Under the pieces are notes generated by a model. The model saw nothing but the letters and a program-made list of their open reading frames with translations. It searched no databases and was not told where the DNA came from. Made by a program: the position numbers and the translations under genes. DNA of 32,000 bases, from assembly GCF_000008465.1 (NCBI RefSeq), contig NC_006512.1:1050001-1082000 (forward strand). Reading direction: 5' to 3'. Numbering within the stretch: position 1 is the stretch's first letter; every line of letters starts with the position of its first letter. Shown in pieces: positions 18,482-27,299 of this stretch. Origin of the DNA: Idiomarina loihiensis L2TR. GTDB lineage: Bacteria > Pseudomonadota > Gammaproteobacteria > Enterobacterales > Alteromonadaceae.

Positions 18482-18603
18482 GCACCATTAGTCCAAATGG
18501 CTTTCCTATCCAGCTGTTCGTATGTCATACATGTGAATCAGCTATAAACTCTAGGCTACCACAGTCTTTTAGATTGAAAACCCTTTTTACTCACTTTTTA
18601 ACG

Positions 18604-18648
18604 AAAAAATGCGGTCTGAAGCATGATTTCTCATCCGCAGACCGCATT
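18604..18648 (-). terminator. Intrinsic terminator of lon
   Basis: The minus strand reads AATGCGGTCTG (19-nt loop) CAGACCGCATTTTTT: an 11-bp stem plus U-tract, about 40 nt after the lon stop. Confidence 0.8.
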
Positions 18649-18685
18649 CTAGTGCTTGAATATGACTTTAGTATTATATTGCTGG

Positions 18686-21010
18686 TTACTCCTTAACCAA
18701 AGCAACATCCAATACTTCATCAATCCATTTTACCGGCTGAATCACTAAGTCCTGTTTTACGTTGTCAGCAATTTCTTTCAAGTCGCGTTCATTTTCTTTA
18801 GGAATTAACACATGCTTGATTCCACCACGGTGCGCAGCCAGCAATTTCTCTTTTAAACCACCAATGGCCAGCACTTCACCGCGCAACGTAATTTCGCCCG
18901 TCATTGCTACATCAGAACGAACAGGTTTACCGGTTAACGATGACACCATAGCTGTCACCATAGCAATACCTGCACTGGGCCCATCTTTCGGTGTAGCGCC
19001 TTCTGGCACATGCACGTGAATATCGCGTTTTTCATGGAAGTCTTCCGCAATGCCCAGCTTGTCAGCACGGCTACGAACCACTGTCAGAGCAGTTTGAATC
19101 GACTCCTGCATAACATCACCCAGGGAACCTGTGGTGGTTGTCTTTCCTTTACCAGCTACATTAGTAGCTTCGATAGTCAGCAAGTCTCCGCCAACTTCAG
19201 TCCATGCTAAGCCAGTAACCTGACCGACTTGATTCGCTTCTTCAGCTTTGCCGTAATCAAACCGTTGCACGCCCAAATAGTCGCTAAGATTGTCGCCGGT
19301 AATCTCAACATGTTTTATCGATTTATCCAGCAAAATTTGCTTAACCGATTTACGGCACAAGCGCGACAGCTCACGTTCGAGGTTACGCACCCCGGCTTCG
19401 CGGGTGTAATAACGAATAATGCCAATAATTGCACTGTCCTGAACCGTAATTTCTTTTTCTTTTAAACCGTTACGGCCAATTTGCTTGGTTAACAAATGTC
19501 GCTTCGCAATATTCAGCTTCTCTTCTTCGGTGTAACCCGACAAGCGAATCACTTCCATGCGGTCTAATAATGGCGCTGGAATATTCATACTGTTAGATGT
19601 CGCCACAAACATGACATCTGACAAATCGTAATCGACTTCAAGATAATGGTCATTGAAGTTAATGTTTTGCTCAGGATCCAGTACTTCTAGCAATGCTGAA
19701 GCCGGGTCACCGCGCATGTCAGCCGACATTTTGTCAATTTCATCTAACAGAAACAGTGGATTACGAACGCCAACTTTTGACATTTTTTGAATCAGTTTAC
19801 CGGGCATAGAGCCAATATAAGTACGACGGTGACCTCGTATTTCTGCTTCATCGCGTACGCCCCCTAGCGCCATGCGCACATACTCACGCCCCGTCGCCTT
19901 CGCTATCGACTGTCCAAGCGAGGTTTTACCGACACCTGGAGGACCTACTAAACAAAGAATCGCACCTTTCACTTTGGTGGTTCGTTGTTGTACCGCAAGA
20001 TACTCAATAATACGTTCTTTAACTTTCTCTAGCCCGTAGTGATCAGCATCTAAAACTTTTTCAGCATGAGCTAAATCTTTCTTAATACGCGAACGTTTCT
20101 TCCATGGAACCGATACCATCCAGTCTATATAGCCGCGCACGACAGTCGCTTCCGCTGACATGGGTGACATCATTTTTAATTTTTGTAACTCAGCTTCAGT
20201 CTTTTTCTTCGCTTCTGCCGGCATCTTGGCGTCATCGATTTTCTTCTGTAACTGCTCAAATTCATCGACGCCATCTTCGGTTTCACCCAGCTCTTTCTGA
20301 ATGGCTTTCATTTGCTCATTCAAATAATATTCGCGCTGGCTTTTTTCCATCTGTTTTTTAACGCGGCTACGAATGCGCTTTTCCACCTGCAGAATATCAA
20401 TCTCACCTTCCATCAGAGCCATCAGATGTTCGATGCGCTCCCGAATGTCAGTAATTTCAAGAATGGCCTGCTTTTCTGCAAGTTTCAGCGGCATATGAGC
20501 AGCCATTGTGTCCGCTAAGCGATCGCCGTCTTCAATGCCGGACAGAGACGTCAGTACTTCCGGCGGTATCTTCTTATTTAGCTTTACATAGCCTTCGAAC
20601 TGATTCAGTGCCGAACGAATAAGAATCTCTTCTTCTTTTTCCGGTAACTCTTCCGCGGCCAGATAATGAATACTAGCCTGAAAGTATTCTTCGTTATCCT
20701 GCAATTCATCCAGCTGCGCCCGTTGCTTACCTTCAACCAGCACTTTAACGGTGCCATCGGGTAGTTTCAGTAGCTGTAGAACCGTCGCAACTGTACCTAC
20801 CTGATAAATATCCTCAGTAGTAGGTTCATCCACAGAAGCGTCTTTCTGAGCCGCCAGAAAAACTTGTTTATCTTCATCCATAGCGGCTTGTAAGCATCGA
20901 ATCGACTTTTCCCGACCGACAAACAGTGGTATCACCATATGCGGGTATACCACGACATCTCTCAACGGCAGAACCGGCATCGTTAATTGTTCGGTGCGCT
21001 CTTCGCTCAT
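18686..21010 (-). CDS. lon: ATP-dependent Lon protease
   Basis: 774 aa. The N-terminus [29 protein letters not shown] matches E. coli Lon closely. Walker A is GPPGVGKTS, and the catalytic serine context is [11 protein letters not shown]. Confidence 0.97.
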   Translation of the reverse strand: MSEERTEQLTMPVLPLRDVVVYPHMVIPLFVGREKSIRCLQAAMDEDKQVFLAAQKDASVDEPTTEDIYQVGTVATVLQLLKLPDGTVKVLVEGKQRAQLDELQDNEEYFQASIHYLAAEELPEKEEEILIRSALNQFEGYVKLNKKIPPEVLTSLSGIEDGDRLADTMAAHMPLKLAEKQAILEITDIRERIEHLMALMEGEIDILQVEKRIRSRVKKQMEKSQREYYLNEQMKAIQKELGETEDGVDEFEQLQKKIDDAKMPAEAKKKTEAELQKLKMMSPMSAEATVVRGYIDWMVSVPWKKRSRIKKDLAHAEKVLDADHYGLEKVKERIIEYLAVQQRTTKVKGAILCLVGPPGVGKTSLGQSIAKATGREYVRMALGGVRDEAEIRGHRRTYIGSMPGKLIQKMSKVGVRNPLFLLDEIDKMSADMRGDPASALLEVLDPEQNINFNDHYLEVDYDLSDVMFVATSNSMNIPAPLLDRMEVIRLSGYTEEEKLNIAKRHLLTKQIGRNGLKEKEITVQDSAIIGIIRYYTREAGVRNLERELSRLCRKSVKQILLDKSIKHVEITGDNLSDYLGVQRFDYGKAEEANQVGQVTGLAWTEVGGDLLTIEATNVAGKGKTTTTGSLGDVMQESIQTALTVVRSRADKLGIAEDFHEKRDIHVHVPEGATPKDGPSAGIAMVTAMVSSLTGKPVRSDVAMTGEITLRGEVLAIGGLKEKLLAAHRGGIKHVLIPKENERDLKEIADNVKQDLVIQPVKWIDEVLDVALVKE

Positions 21011-21042
21011 TAAATTCTCTCCCGACCTAGGTTTACTTTGTA

Positions 21043-21069
21043 ATATGCGGTCTTTACCTGAAAGTTCAA
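21043..21069 (-). promoter_or_regulatory. Sigma32 (heat-shock)-like promoter of lon
   Basis: Minus strand: TTGAAC (21064-21069), 13 nt, then CCGCATAT (21043-21050). This compares with the sigma32 consensus CTTGAAA-N13/14-CCCCATnT and the known sigma32 control of E. coli lon. It lies about 30 nt upstream of the ATG. Confidence 0.5.
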
Positions 21070-21079
21070 TCCTTGACAG

Positions 21080-21106
21080 AAAAAAAGGGCCTTTCCGGCC
21101 CTTTTT
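21080..21106 (-). terminator. Intrinsic terminator of clpX
   Basis: The minus strand reads AAAAAGGGCC ggaaa GGCCCTTTTTTT, about 25 nt after the clpX stop. Confidence 0.8.
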
Positions 21107-21131
21107 CGAACACTTTTAATACAGTTTCGGA

Positions 21132-22403
21132 TTATTCGCCCGAAGCCTGCTTATTTTTCTGCTGATTCGCGTAAATTAGAATAGGATCGGATTCACCAGC
21201 GATTACCGACTCATCCACCACAACTTTCGCGACCCCTTCAATAGAAGGCAGTTCATACATAGTGCCCAGCAGAACACCTTCCACAATGGAACGTAGACCA
21301 CGAGCACCTGTTTTGCGAGCCATAGCCTTTTTCGCGATAGCTCTTAAAGCATCTTCACGAAACTCCAGTTCAACGTCTTCCATTTCAAACAAAGCTGAAT
21401 ATTGCTTGGTTAACGCATTTTTTGGCTCACGCAAAATTTCAATCAACGCTTCTTCATCCAGCTCATCTAGCGTGGCTACAACCGGTAAGCGACCAATGAA
21501 TTCGGGAATCAAGCCATAGCGAACCAAATCTTCCGGTTCCACTTTAGCAATGATTGCCCCTTCTTCACTTTGCGTCTTACTCTTCACTTCTGCGCCAAAA
21601 CCAATACCTGTTCCGGTAGACAAGCGTTGCTCGATAACTTTATTCAAGCCAGCAAAAGCACCGCCACAGATAAACAGAATTTTTGATGTGTCGACTTGCA
21701 GAAACTCTTGTTGAGGATGTTTCCGACCGCCTTGTGGCGGCACAGAAGCAACTGTTCCTTCAATCAGTTTCAGTAAGGCTTGTTGTACACCTTCGCCACT
21801 GACATCGCGAGTAATCGACGGATTGTCCGACTTACGTGAAATCTTATCAATCTCATCAATATAGACAATACCACGCTCTGCTTTCTCAACGTCGTAATCA
21901 CACTTCTGTAAAAGCTTTTGAATTATGTTTTCAACGTCTTCGCCAACATAACCCGCTTCAGTTAATGTTGTTGCATCTGCCATAGTAAATGGCACATCCA
22001 AATAACGCGCTAAGGTTTCAGCCAGGAAAGTTTTTCCTGAGCCTGTCGGACCAATTAGCAGGATATTACTTTTGCCAAGCTCAACTTCCTGCTTGGCTGA
22101 ACCGCGTAAGCGTTTGTAGTGATTATAAACGGCTACCGACAACACCTTTTTGGCGCGATCCTGACCAATAACATAGTCATCCAAATGCTTACGGATAGCT
22201 TTTGGCACAGGCAACTCATCCTGATCCGGAACCGGAGACAGTTGATGAATTTCTTCTTTTAGAATGTCATTGCATAGCTCAACGCATTCATCACAAATGA
22301 ATACGGACGGTCCTGCAATAAGCTTCTTAACTTCGTGCTGACTTTTGCCACAAAAAGTGCAATATAGCGGCTTATCGCCGTCACCTTTGGACTGATCCGT
22401 CAT
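21132..22403 (-). CDS. clpX: ATP-dependent Clp protease ATP-binding subunit ClpX
   Basis: 423 aa with an N-terminal zinc-binding domain ([32 protein letters not shown]), Walker A GPTGSGKT and an IGF-type loop (GIGFGA). Confidence 0.97.
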   Translation of the reverse strand: MTDQSKGDGDKPLYCTFCGKSQHEVKKLIAGPSVFICDECVELCNDILKEEIHQLSPVPDQDELPVPKAIRKHLDDYVIGQDRAKKVLSVAVYNHYKRLRGSAKQEVELGKSNILLIGPTGSGKTFLAETLARYLDVPFTMADATTLTEAGYVGEDVENIIQKLLQKCDYDVEKAERGIVYIDEIDKISRKSDNPSITRDVSGEGVQQALLKLIEGTVASVPPQGGRKHPQQEFLQVDTSKILFICGGAFAGLNKVIEQRLSTGTGIGFGAEVKSKTQSEEGAIIAKVEPEDLVRYGLIPEFIGRLPVVATLDELDEEALIEILREPKNALTKQYSALFEMEDVELEFREDALRAIAKKAMARKTGARGLRSIVEGVLLGTMYELPSIEGVAKVVVDESVIAGESDPILIYANQQKNKQASGE

Positions 22404-22431
22404 GCTTTTCTCCTAACTGCTCTGCGCCAAC

Positions 22432-23052
22432 TCAGGACTCTTCGCCACGCTGACGTAAAATACCATCAACCAGGCCGTAATCGATTGACTCTTCTGCCGA
22501 TAAAAAGTGATCGCGATCAGTGTCTCTGGCCACTTTCTCGTAATCCTGACCTGTGTTCTCCGCTAACATACGGTTTAAGCGCTCTTTCAGATCCAAAATT
22601 TGTTTCGCATGAATTTCAAAATCTGACGCTTGTCCCTGGAATCCACCCAACGGCTGGTGAATCATCACTCGGGAATTAGGTAAACAATAACGTTTACCCT
22701 GAGCACCACCAGCCAATAGGAACGCGCCCATACTGGCCGCTTGGCCCATACATACCGTGCTAACATCCGGCTTAATAAAGCGCATGGTATCGTAAATAGC
22801 CATACCCGCTGTCACTACCCCACCAGGCGAATTAATGTAAAGGTAAATGTCTTTATCAGGATTATCTGATTCTAAAAACAGTAGCTGAGCCACAATGAGA
22901 TTGGCCATGTGGTCTTCTACCTGACCACAACAAAAAATGACACGTTCTTTTAAGAGACGTGAATAGATGTCGTAAGAGCGCTCACCTTTCGAAGTCTGCT
23001 CGACGACCATAGGGACTAGCTGTGCCATTGGATCCTGAATATCGCTCGACAT
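22432..23052 (-). CDS. clpP: ATP-dependent Clp protease proteolytic subunit ClpP
   Basis: 206 aa, colinear with E. coli ClpP ([56 protein letters not shown]). AGGAG lies 8 nt upstream of the ATG. Confidence 0.97.
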   Translation of the reverse strand: MSSDIQDPMAQLVPMVVEQTSKGERSYDIYSRLLKERVIFCCGQVEDHMANLIVAQLLFLESDNPDKDIYLYINSPGGVVTAGMAIYDTMRFIKPDVSTVCMGQAASMGAFLLAGGAQGKRYCLPNSRVMIHQPLGGFQGQASDFEIHAKQILDLKERLNRMLAENTGQDYEKVARDTDRDHFLSAEESIDYGLVDGILRQRGEES

Positions 23053-23073
23053 GTTTTATAAAGCTCCTGAAAT

Positions 23074-23105
23074 AAAAATGGCTCGTATGAGGTCATACGA
23101 GCCAT
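23074..23105 (-). terminator. Intrinsic terminator of tig
   Basis: The minus strand reads ATGGCTCGTATGA cc TCATACGAGCCATTTTTAT: about 11-12 bp of usable stem plus a U-tract, 47 nt after the tig stop. Confidence 0.75.
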
Positions 23106-23133
23106 TAAACCAAGCTGTAGCGGGACCCGTCAA
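23104..23133 (-). promoter_or_regulatory. Candidate sigma70 promoter for clpP-clpX
   Basis: Minus strand: TTGACG (23128-23133), 18 nt, then TTTAAT (23104-23109). The -10 overlaps the upstream arm of the tig terminator hairpin. Pattern only. Confidence 0.3.
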
Positions 23134-23151
23134 GGATTCCGTTACACTAGA

Positions 23152-24453
23152 TTACTGCTGCTTCGGATTCATGATGTCATCAAAGCTCGCTTTTTTATCT
23201 TTAACCGAGGCTTTTTCCAACACGAATTCGATTGCTTGCTCTTCCAACGCTAAGTTACGAACTTGCTGCATCATATCGTTGTTTGACTTGTAGTATTCCA
23301 CAACTTCCTGCGGGTCTTCATAAGCAGAAGCTGCCGTTGCGATGATTTCATCAACTTTCTCATCATCAGCTTTAAGCTCGTTACCACGAATCACTTCACC
23401 TAATAACAAACCAACTTTAACACGCTCTTTCGCTTGTTCTTCGAACAGCTCCGCCGGCAAGTCAGGCATTTGTTCAACATTACCACCGAAACGTTGAGCC
23501 GCTTGCTTACGCAACTGGTCAATTTCCTGGTCGATCATTGATTTAGGCAGTTCAACGTCGTTGTTTTCAACAATACCTTTCAGTACTTGTTCTTTAACTT
23601 TTGCTTTCACTGCGTTTTTCAGCTCGCGTTCCATATTTTTGCGAACTTCTTCTTTCAACGCTTCAACGCCGCCTTCTTTCACACCAAACAATGCAACGAA
23701 CTCATCGTTTAGCTCTGGCAGGTCACGTGCTTCAACTTTCTTCGCGGTTACCACGAATTGCGCTTCTTTACCTTTCAGGTTTTCAGCGTGATAGTCTTCC
23801 GGGAAAGTGACTTCAATAGTCTTTTCTTCGCCCGCTTTAATTCCTTTGATTTGATCTTCAAACCCAGGAATCATGCGACCTTCGCCCAGCTCAAGCGCGA
23901 AGTCGTCAGCTTTACCGCCTTCAAATTCTTCACCGTCAATAGAACCAACGAAATCCATAGTGACACGGTCACCCTTTTTGGATTTACGCTTAACTTCTTT
24001 CCAGTCAGCATGTTGTTTCTGCAACGTTTCCAGCATGTTGTCGACGTCTTTCTCAGTGACTTCAACAGCAGGCTTTTCAACTTTTACTTTGTCCAGGTTC
24101 TGTACTTCTACTTCTGGATACACTTCGAACGTAGCCGTGAACTCAAGATCTTTACCTGGCTCATTGACTTTAGGTTCAATTGCAGGTGCGCCAGCAGGGT
24201 TCAGTTTTTCCTGCATAACAGCTTCAAAGTACTTACTTTGCATGATACTTGACGCTGCACGTGAACGGGCTTCGCGACCAAACAGCTTTTGTAATACGTT
24301 TGGCGGAATTTTTCCTTTGCGGAAACCATTCACACGACGATGGCGATATTCTTCTTTTAATAAGCGTTTTACTTCGCTATCAATTGTATCTGCCGGGACT
24401 GTAACAGTCACACGACGTTCTAAACCTTGAGTTGTCTCTACAGAAACCTGCAT
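23152..24453 (-). CDS. tig: Trigger factor
   Basis: 433 aa. The N-terminus is [21 protein letters not shown], with the ribosome-binding GFRKGK-P signature ([12 protein letters not shown]) and an FKBP-like PPIase core ([14 protein letters not shown]). Confidence 0.97.
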   Translation of the reverse strand: MQVSVETTQGLERRVTVTVPADTIDSEVKRLLKEEYRHRRVNGFRKGKIPPNVLQKLFGREARSRAASSIMQSKYFEAVMQEKLNPAGAPAIEPKVNEPGKDLEFTATFEVYPEVEVQNLDKVKVEKPAVEVTEKDVDNMLETLQKQHADWKEVKRKSKKGDRVTMDFVGSIDGEEFEGGKADDFALELGEGRMIPGFEDQIKGIKAGEEKTIEVTFPEDYHAENLKGKEAQFVVTAKKVEARDLPELNDEFVALFGVKEGGVEALKEEVRKNMERELKNAVKAKVKEQVLKGIVENNDVELPKSMIDQEIDQLRKQAAQRFGGNVEQMPDLPAELFEEQAKERVKVGLLLGEVIRGNELKADDEKVDEIIATAASAYEDPQEVVEYYKSNNDMMQQVRNLALEEQAIEFVLEKASVKDKKASFDDIMNPKQQ

Positions 24454-24555
24454 TGCTTCATTACCTCGGTTTCAATCAATGAATGTTACTCGCATCAACT
24501 TATCATTATAAAAATGAGATACGGCAACGGCGTTGACCTTTAAAAATGACGCAGT

Positions 24556-24584
24556 ATTATAGCGAGGTGACCGCCCGGAGTCGA
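24556..24584 (-). promoter_or_regulatory. Candidate sigma70 promoter for tig
   Basis: Minus strand: TCGACT (24579-24584), 17 nt, then a perfect TATAAT (24556-24561), about 100 nt upstream of the tig ATG. A GC-rich hairpin (24571-24596) overlaps the -35. Confidence 0.35.
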
Positions 24585-24633
24585 GCCCCCGAGCGGCAAT
24601 TTTTAGGCTTCACTTTAACGGAAGGAAAAATAA

Positions 24634-24861
24634 CTAAGATTTATCTTTAAGCTCAAGGAGTAGATTGTTGATTTCGCCCAGTTTATCCGGTTTATCCCCG
24701 GCCATATTTTCTTGATCGGCGACTTCGGTTTCCAATTCATCATAACGCCACTGCGTCAGCACTTCGATTTTCTGCTCGTTTGAAAGCTCAGGATCATTTG
24801 CCACGTCTTGCGGAGAATCGAACGCTTCAGCGGGATTCTTTAAACTTTTCTTAAAGTCCAT
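24634..24861 (-). CDS. Small acidic hypothetical protein (75 aa)
   Basis: The ATG at 24859-24861 is preceded by TGGAG with an 8-nt spacing. The ORF-track start at 24879 is a TTG with no RBS. The product is MDFKKSLKNPAEAFDSPQDVANDPELSNEQKIEVLTQWRYDELETEVADQENMAGDKPDKLGEINNLLLELKDKS. It has no TM segment and no motif I recognise. Confidence 0.5.
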   Translation of the reverse strand: MDFKKSLKNPAEAFDSPQDVANDPELSNEQKIEVLTQWRYDELETEVADQENMAGDKPDKLGEINNLLLELKDKS

Positions 24862-24961
24862 AACAATAGCTCCAGCCAAGGATTAACAACAAAATCTTTT
24901 GATTAAGTATTAGATAAATGTAGCAGTAGTGGCTGAAAAGAAAAAGGGGGAATTAGTGTAA

Positions 24962-25038
24962 TGGTCGGCGATGCAGGATTTGAACCTGCGACCCCTTGGA
25001 CCCAAACCAAGTGCGCTACCAAACTGCGCTAATCGCCG
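24962..25038 (-). tRNA. tRNA-Pro (anticodon UGG), copy 2, promoter-distal
   Basis: The reverse complement is CGGCGAT TA GCGC AGTTTGGTA GCGC A CTTGG TTTGGGT CCAAG GGGTC GCAGG TTCAAAT CCTGC ATCGCCG A CCA. This is a complete cloverleaf with an encoded CCA. Confidence 0.95.
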
Positions 25039-25065
25039 AAATACAGGATGTTACTTCAAAAGAAA

Positions 25066-25142
25066 TGGGGTGGATGATGGGACTTGAACCCACGACAACC
25101 GGAATCACAATCCGGGGCTCTACCAACTGAGCTACACCCACC
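25066..25142 (-). tRNA. tRNA-His (anticodon GUG)
   Basis: The reverse complement is G GTGGGTG TA GCTC AGTTGGTA GAGC C CCGGA TTGTGAT TCCGG TTGTC GTGGG TTCAAGT CCCAT CATCCAC C CCA. It has the His-specific extra 5' G(-1) and an encoded CCA. Confidence 0.95.
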
Positions 25143-25167
25143 ACTGAGTGATTTCTTTGGCGCGTTA

Positions 25168-25244
<77 letters not shown>

Positions 25245-25272
25245 ATATCGAACCAATAAACCGTCAAGAGAA

Positions 25273-25349
25273 TGGTCGGCGATGCAGGATTTGAACCTGC
25301 GACCCCTTGGACCCAAACCAAGTGCGCTACCAAACTGCGCTAATCGCCG
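25273..25349 (-). tRNA. tRNA-Pro (anticodon UGG), copy 1, promoter-proximal
   Basis: 77/77 identical to the copy at 24962-25038. Confidence 0.95.
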
Positions 25350-25416
25350 AATTTCTCCGAAAGCCGTGTCATACGCAGCTTTTAAAAACACTATTGCTGG
25401 TCGACAACGGTGGCGA

Positions 25417-25445
25417 ATATTACCTGCTGAAGACTGACCCGTCAA
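25417..25445 (-). promoter_or_regulatory. Sigma70 promoter of the tRNA operon with an rrn-P1-like GC-rich discriminator
   Basis: Minus strand: AAAAAAAGT TTGACG (25440-25445), 17 nt, TAATAT (25417-25422), then TCGCCACC. This compares with E. coli rrnB P1 TATAAT-GCGCCACC. An A-tract upstream of -35 resembles an UP element. It lies about 60 nt upstream of the first tRNA. Confidence 0.55.
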
Positions 25446-25512
25446 ACTTTTTTTCGGTTATCAGTGCCGACTGGCTACTTTTGCAACAACCTGACGACTA
25501 AACCAACAACCG

Positions 25513-25542
25513 GTGACATTCAGGGCAGAAAAAAGTTACAAT
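25513..25542 (+). promoter_or_regulatory. Candidate sigma70 promoter for folD (divergent from the tRNA promoter)
   Basis: GTGACA (25513-25518), 18 nt, then TACAAT (25537-25542), about 48 nt upstream of the folD ATG. Pattern only. Confidence 0.3.
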
Positions 25543-25589
25543 ACAACTTATATATCACCTTGAATTCTCTCATCTTTGGGAACGTCATT

Positions 25590-26450
25590 ATGCCAGCTCA
25601 AATTATCGATGGTAAAACCATCGCTGCCACTGTTCGCCAGGCGGTTAAACAGCAAGTAAAAGAACGCATTGATTCCGGCTTACGGGCACCAGGGTTAGCT
25701 GTTGTTCTGGTCGGAAGCGACGCCGCTTCAGAAGTTTACGTGGGCAACAAGCGCCGTGCCTGTGAAGACGTTGGTTTTCGTTCGTTTGATTACGACTTAC
25801 CAATAACCACAACACAGAAAGAACTTGAGAAGCTCATTGAAGAGCTGAACGATGACGACGCCGTAGATGGTATTTTAGTTCAGCTTCCGTTGCCTGCGGG
25901 TCTGGATGCCACACCAATTTTAGAAAGAATTCGCCCGGATAAAGATGTCGATGGCTTCCATCCATTCAATATTGGACGTTTGTCACAACGTATCCCGGCT
26001 TTGCGCCCCTGTACCCCCAAAGGTATTATGACACTGTTAGAGCACACGCACGTTGACTTACACGGCTTAAACGCAGTGGTTGTCGGGGCATCGAATATTG
26101 TTGGTCGTCCAATGAGCCTGGAGTTATTACTGGCAGGAGCAACAACGACGGTGTGTCATCGCTTTACCAAAGACTTATCCGATCATGTCAAGCGTGCTGA
26201 TATCGTTGTTGTTGCGGTAGGCAAAGCGGAGTTCATTCCTGGCGAGTGGATTAAACCTGGCGCCATCGTCATAGATGTAGGAATGAATCGCCTGCCCGAT
26301 GGTCGATTAACCGGTGACGTGGAGTTCTCTGTCGCTGCCGAGCGAGCCGGCTGGATCACTCCTGTTCCCGGTGGCGTTGGCCCCATGACAGTTGCCTCGT
26401 TAATTGAGAACACATTGCAGGCCTGTGTCGATTATCACGACGTTCGTTAA
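25590..26450 (+). CDS. folD: Bifunctional methylenetetrahydrofolate dehydrogenase / methenyltetrahydrofolate cyclohydrolase FolD
   Basis: The start is set at ATG 25590 ([12 protein letters not shown]...), giving 286 aa, colinear with FolD ([58 protein letters not shown]). The upstream 42 codons of the ORF track have no FolD counterpart and cover the promoter region. Confidence 0.96.
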   Translation: MPAQIIDGKTIAATVRQAVKQQVKERIDSGLRAPGLAVVLVGSDAASEVYVGNKRRACEDVGFRSFDYDLPITTTQKELEKLIEELNDDDAVDGILVQLPLPAGLDATPILERIRPDKDVDGFHPFNIGRLSQRIPALRPCTPKGIMTLLEHTHVDLHGLNAVVVGASNIVGRPMSLELLLAGATTTVCHRFTKDLSDHVKRADIVVVAVGKAEFIPGEWIKPGAIVIDVGMNRLPDGRLTGDVEFSVAAERAGWITPVPGGVGPMTVASLIENTLQACVDYHDVR

Positions 26451-26453
26451 ATT

Positions 26454-27188
26454 TTATTCCTGTCGGTAGCCGCTTAACATGACATGTTGAGCGGTATTCG
26501 ATAACCCCCACAACGGTTTATCAAATAAAGTACTTCGGCCTGCACAGTAAGTCGCGGCTTTTGAATCTGAGACTAAACTCTGTGTTGCCGCCAGAAAATC
26601 AGCAGCAATTGGAATTTCCAGTGGCAAGCACCAATAAGTTTCAATAACCAAAACGCGTGCCTGATGCCATTCCTCGGAGGCATTATCGCCAGCCCGCGCA
26701 TGATAATGGTCAACCGAAATTTCCAGTACGTCTTTTTGCAATTCGTTATCCCAGCGCCAGTCCGAAAACTGGCGAAAATCATCAGTACTGGGTGACAGAA
26801 CCTTTAATTGTCCAAAGCGCGAGAAATGAAGTCGCTGTTTAGCTATAGCCTCAGCTGCGGCGGCTATTTTGTTATCTATGTTCAGTTGTGGTTTTAAACC
26901 GGCCATTCCTGCCGCCAGCGTGTTCACCATGGCATTATTGTTACCATGGTTAAGACTTCCTGCCCTCACTGCATACTGATTCGCTACTGTAAGTGTTTGC
27001 TGCGCCCACCAAATAAAGACAGCCTGAACAAAAGTAAAAACGCAGGCGACAATAACAGGCCAAACGACCAGCAACTCAACACTCGCCTGCCCTGATTGTT
27101 TTTTCAGTATTTTGACGGGGTTCAGAAAAGAAAAACCCGCTGCCGGAAAAGCAGCGGGAAGTGTTATGCTCAAGCGAGACAATAACAT
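26454..27188 (-). CDS. TadE-like (Flp/Tad pilus pseudopilin-like) domain protein, an orphan
   Basis: The ATG at 27186-27188 is preceded by GGAGG with a 5-nt spacing. The N-terminal region KKQSGQASVELLVVWPVIVACVFTFVQAVFIWWAQQTLTVANQYAVRAGS fits the TadE N-terminal pattern (G-x-A-x-VE-[FL]-x-L-V-x-P-V, a hydrophobic helix, then A-x-x-x-A-x-R-A-G). The remainder has no motif I recognise. The start codon is uncertain (see findings). Confidence 0.6.
   Translation of the reverse strand: MLLSRLSITLPAAFPAAGFSFLNPVKILKKQSGQASVELLVVWPVIVACVFTFVQAVFIWWAQQTLTVANQYAVRAGSLNHGNNNAMVNTLAAGMAGLKPQLNIDNKIAAAAEAIAKQRLHFSRFGQLKVLSPSTDDFRQFSDWRWDNELQKDVLEISVDHYHARAGDNASEEWHQARVLVIETYWCLPLEIPIAADFLAATQSLVSDSKAATYCAGRSTLFDKPLWGLSNTAQHVMLSGYRQE
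26470..26494 (+). terminator. Hairpin downstream of folD (possible weak terminator), embedded in the 3' end of the convergent ORF
   Basis: CCGCTTAACA tgaca TGTTGAGCGG: a 10-bp stem with one G-U pair on the + strand RNA and a C-A mismatch on the minus strand RNA. It is followed only by TATTCG, so there is no real U-tract. Confidence 0.25.
27127..27158 (-). terminator. Canonical intrinsic terminator downstream of topA, located inside the predicted 5' coding region of the TadE-like ORF
   Basis: The minus strand reads CCCGCTGC ttttccg GCAGCGGG TTTTTCTTTTCTG: an 8-bp GC-rich stem, a 7-nt loop and a long U-tract, about 140 nt after the topA stop. Confidence 0.6.
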
Positions 27189-27299
27189 GAGGACCTCCGT
27201 GTCCGGTGTGCCGTGTCCTTCAATAGACACCGCACTATGTTAGTCCTGCTTTTATATTTTAACTATTGGCAAAGTGAGTGTTTGCTCGTAAGCCTTTAA

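Noticed and set aside
18439-18696. 85-aa plus-strand ORF in the hupB-lon intergenic region
   Set aside because: It runs through the lon terminator hairpin and the hupB promoter region. It has no RBS and yields a Cys/Phe-rich, non-protein-like translation. Whether the 305-nt spacer also encodes an sRNA cannot be judged from sequence alone.
23561-24430. Several long plus-strand ORFs (76-185 aa) antisense to tig
   Set aside because: These are typical shadow ORFs opposite a K/E-rich, GAA/AAA-biased gene. Their translations are low-complexity S/F/T-rich strings with no start context, and tig itself is unambiguous.
24533-24605. Plus-strand TTGACC-16-TATTAT promoter-like element followed ~10 nt later by a hairpin plus CAATTTTT, which would give a ~40-nt transcript
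   Set aside because: The -10 is simply the reverse reading of the AT-rich tig -10 region. The plus-strand stem has a C-A mismatch where the minus strand has a G-U pair. A transcript consisting only of a terminator hairpin is implausible. This is most likely coincidental.
25464-25589. 42-codon upstream extension of the folD ORF
   Set aside because: It has no similarity to FolD N-termini and covers the divergent promoter region. The ATG at 25590 yields the conserved MPAQIIDGK start.
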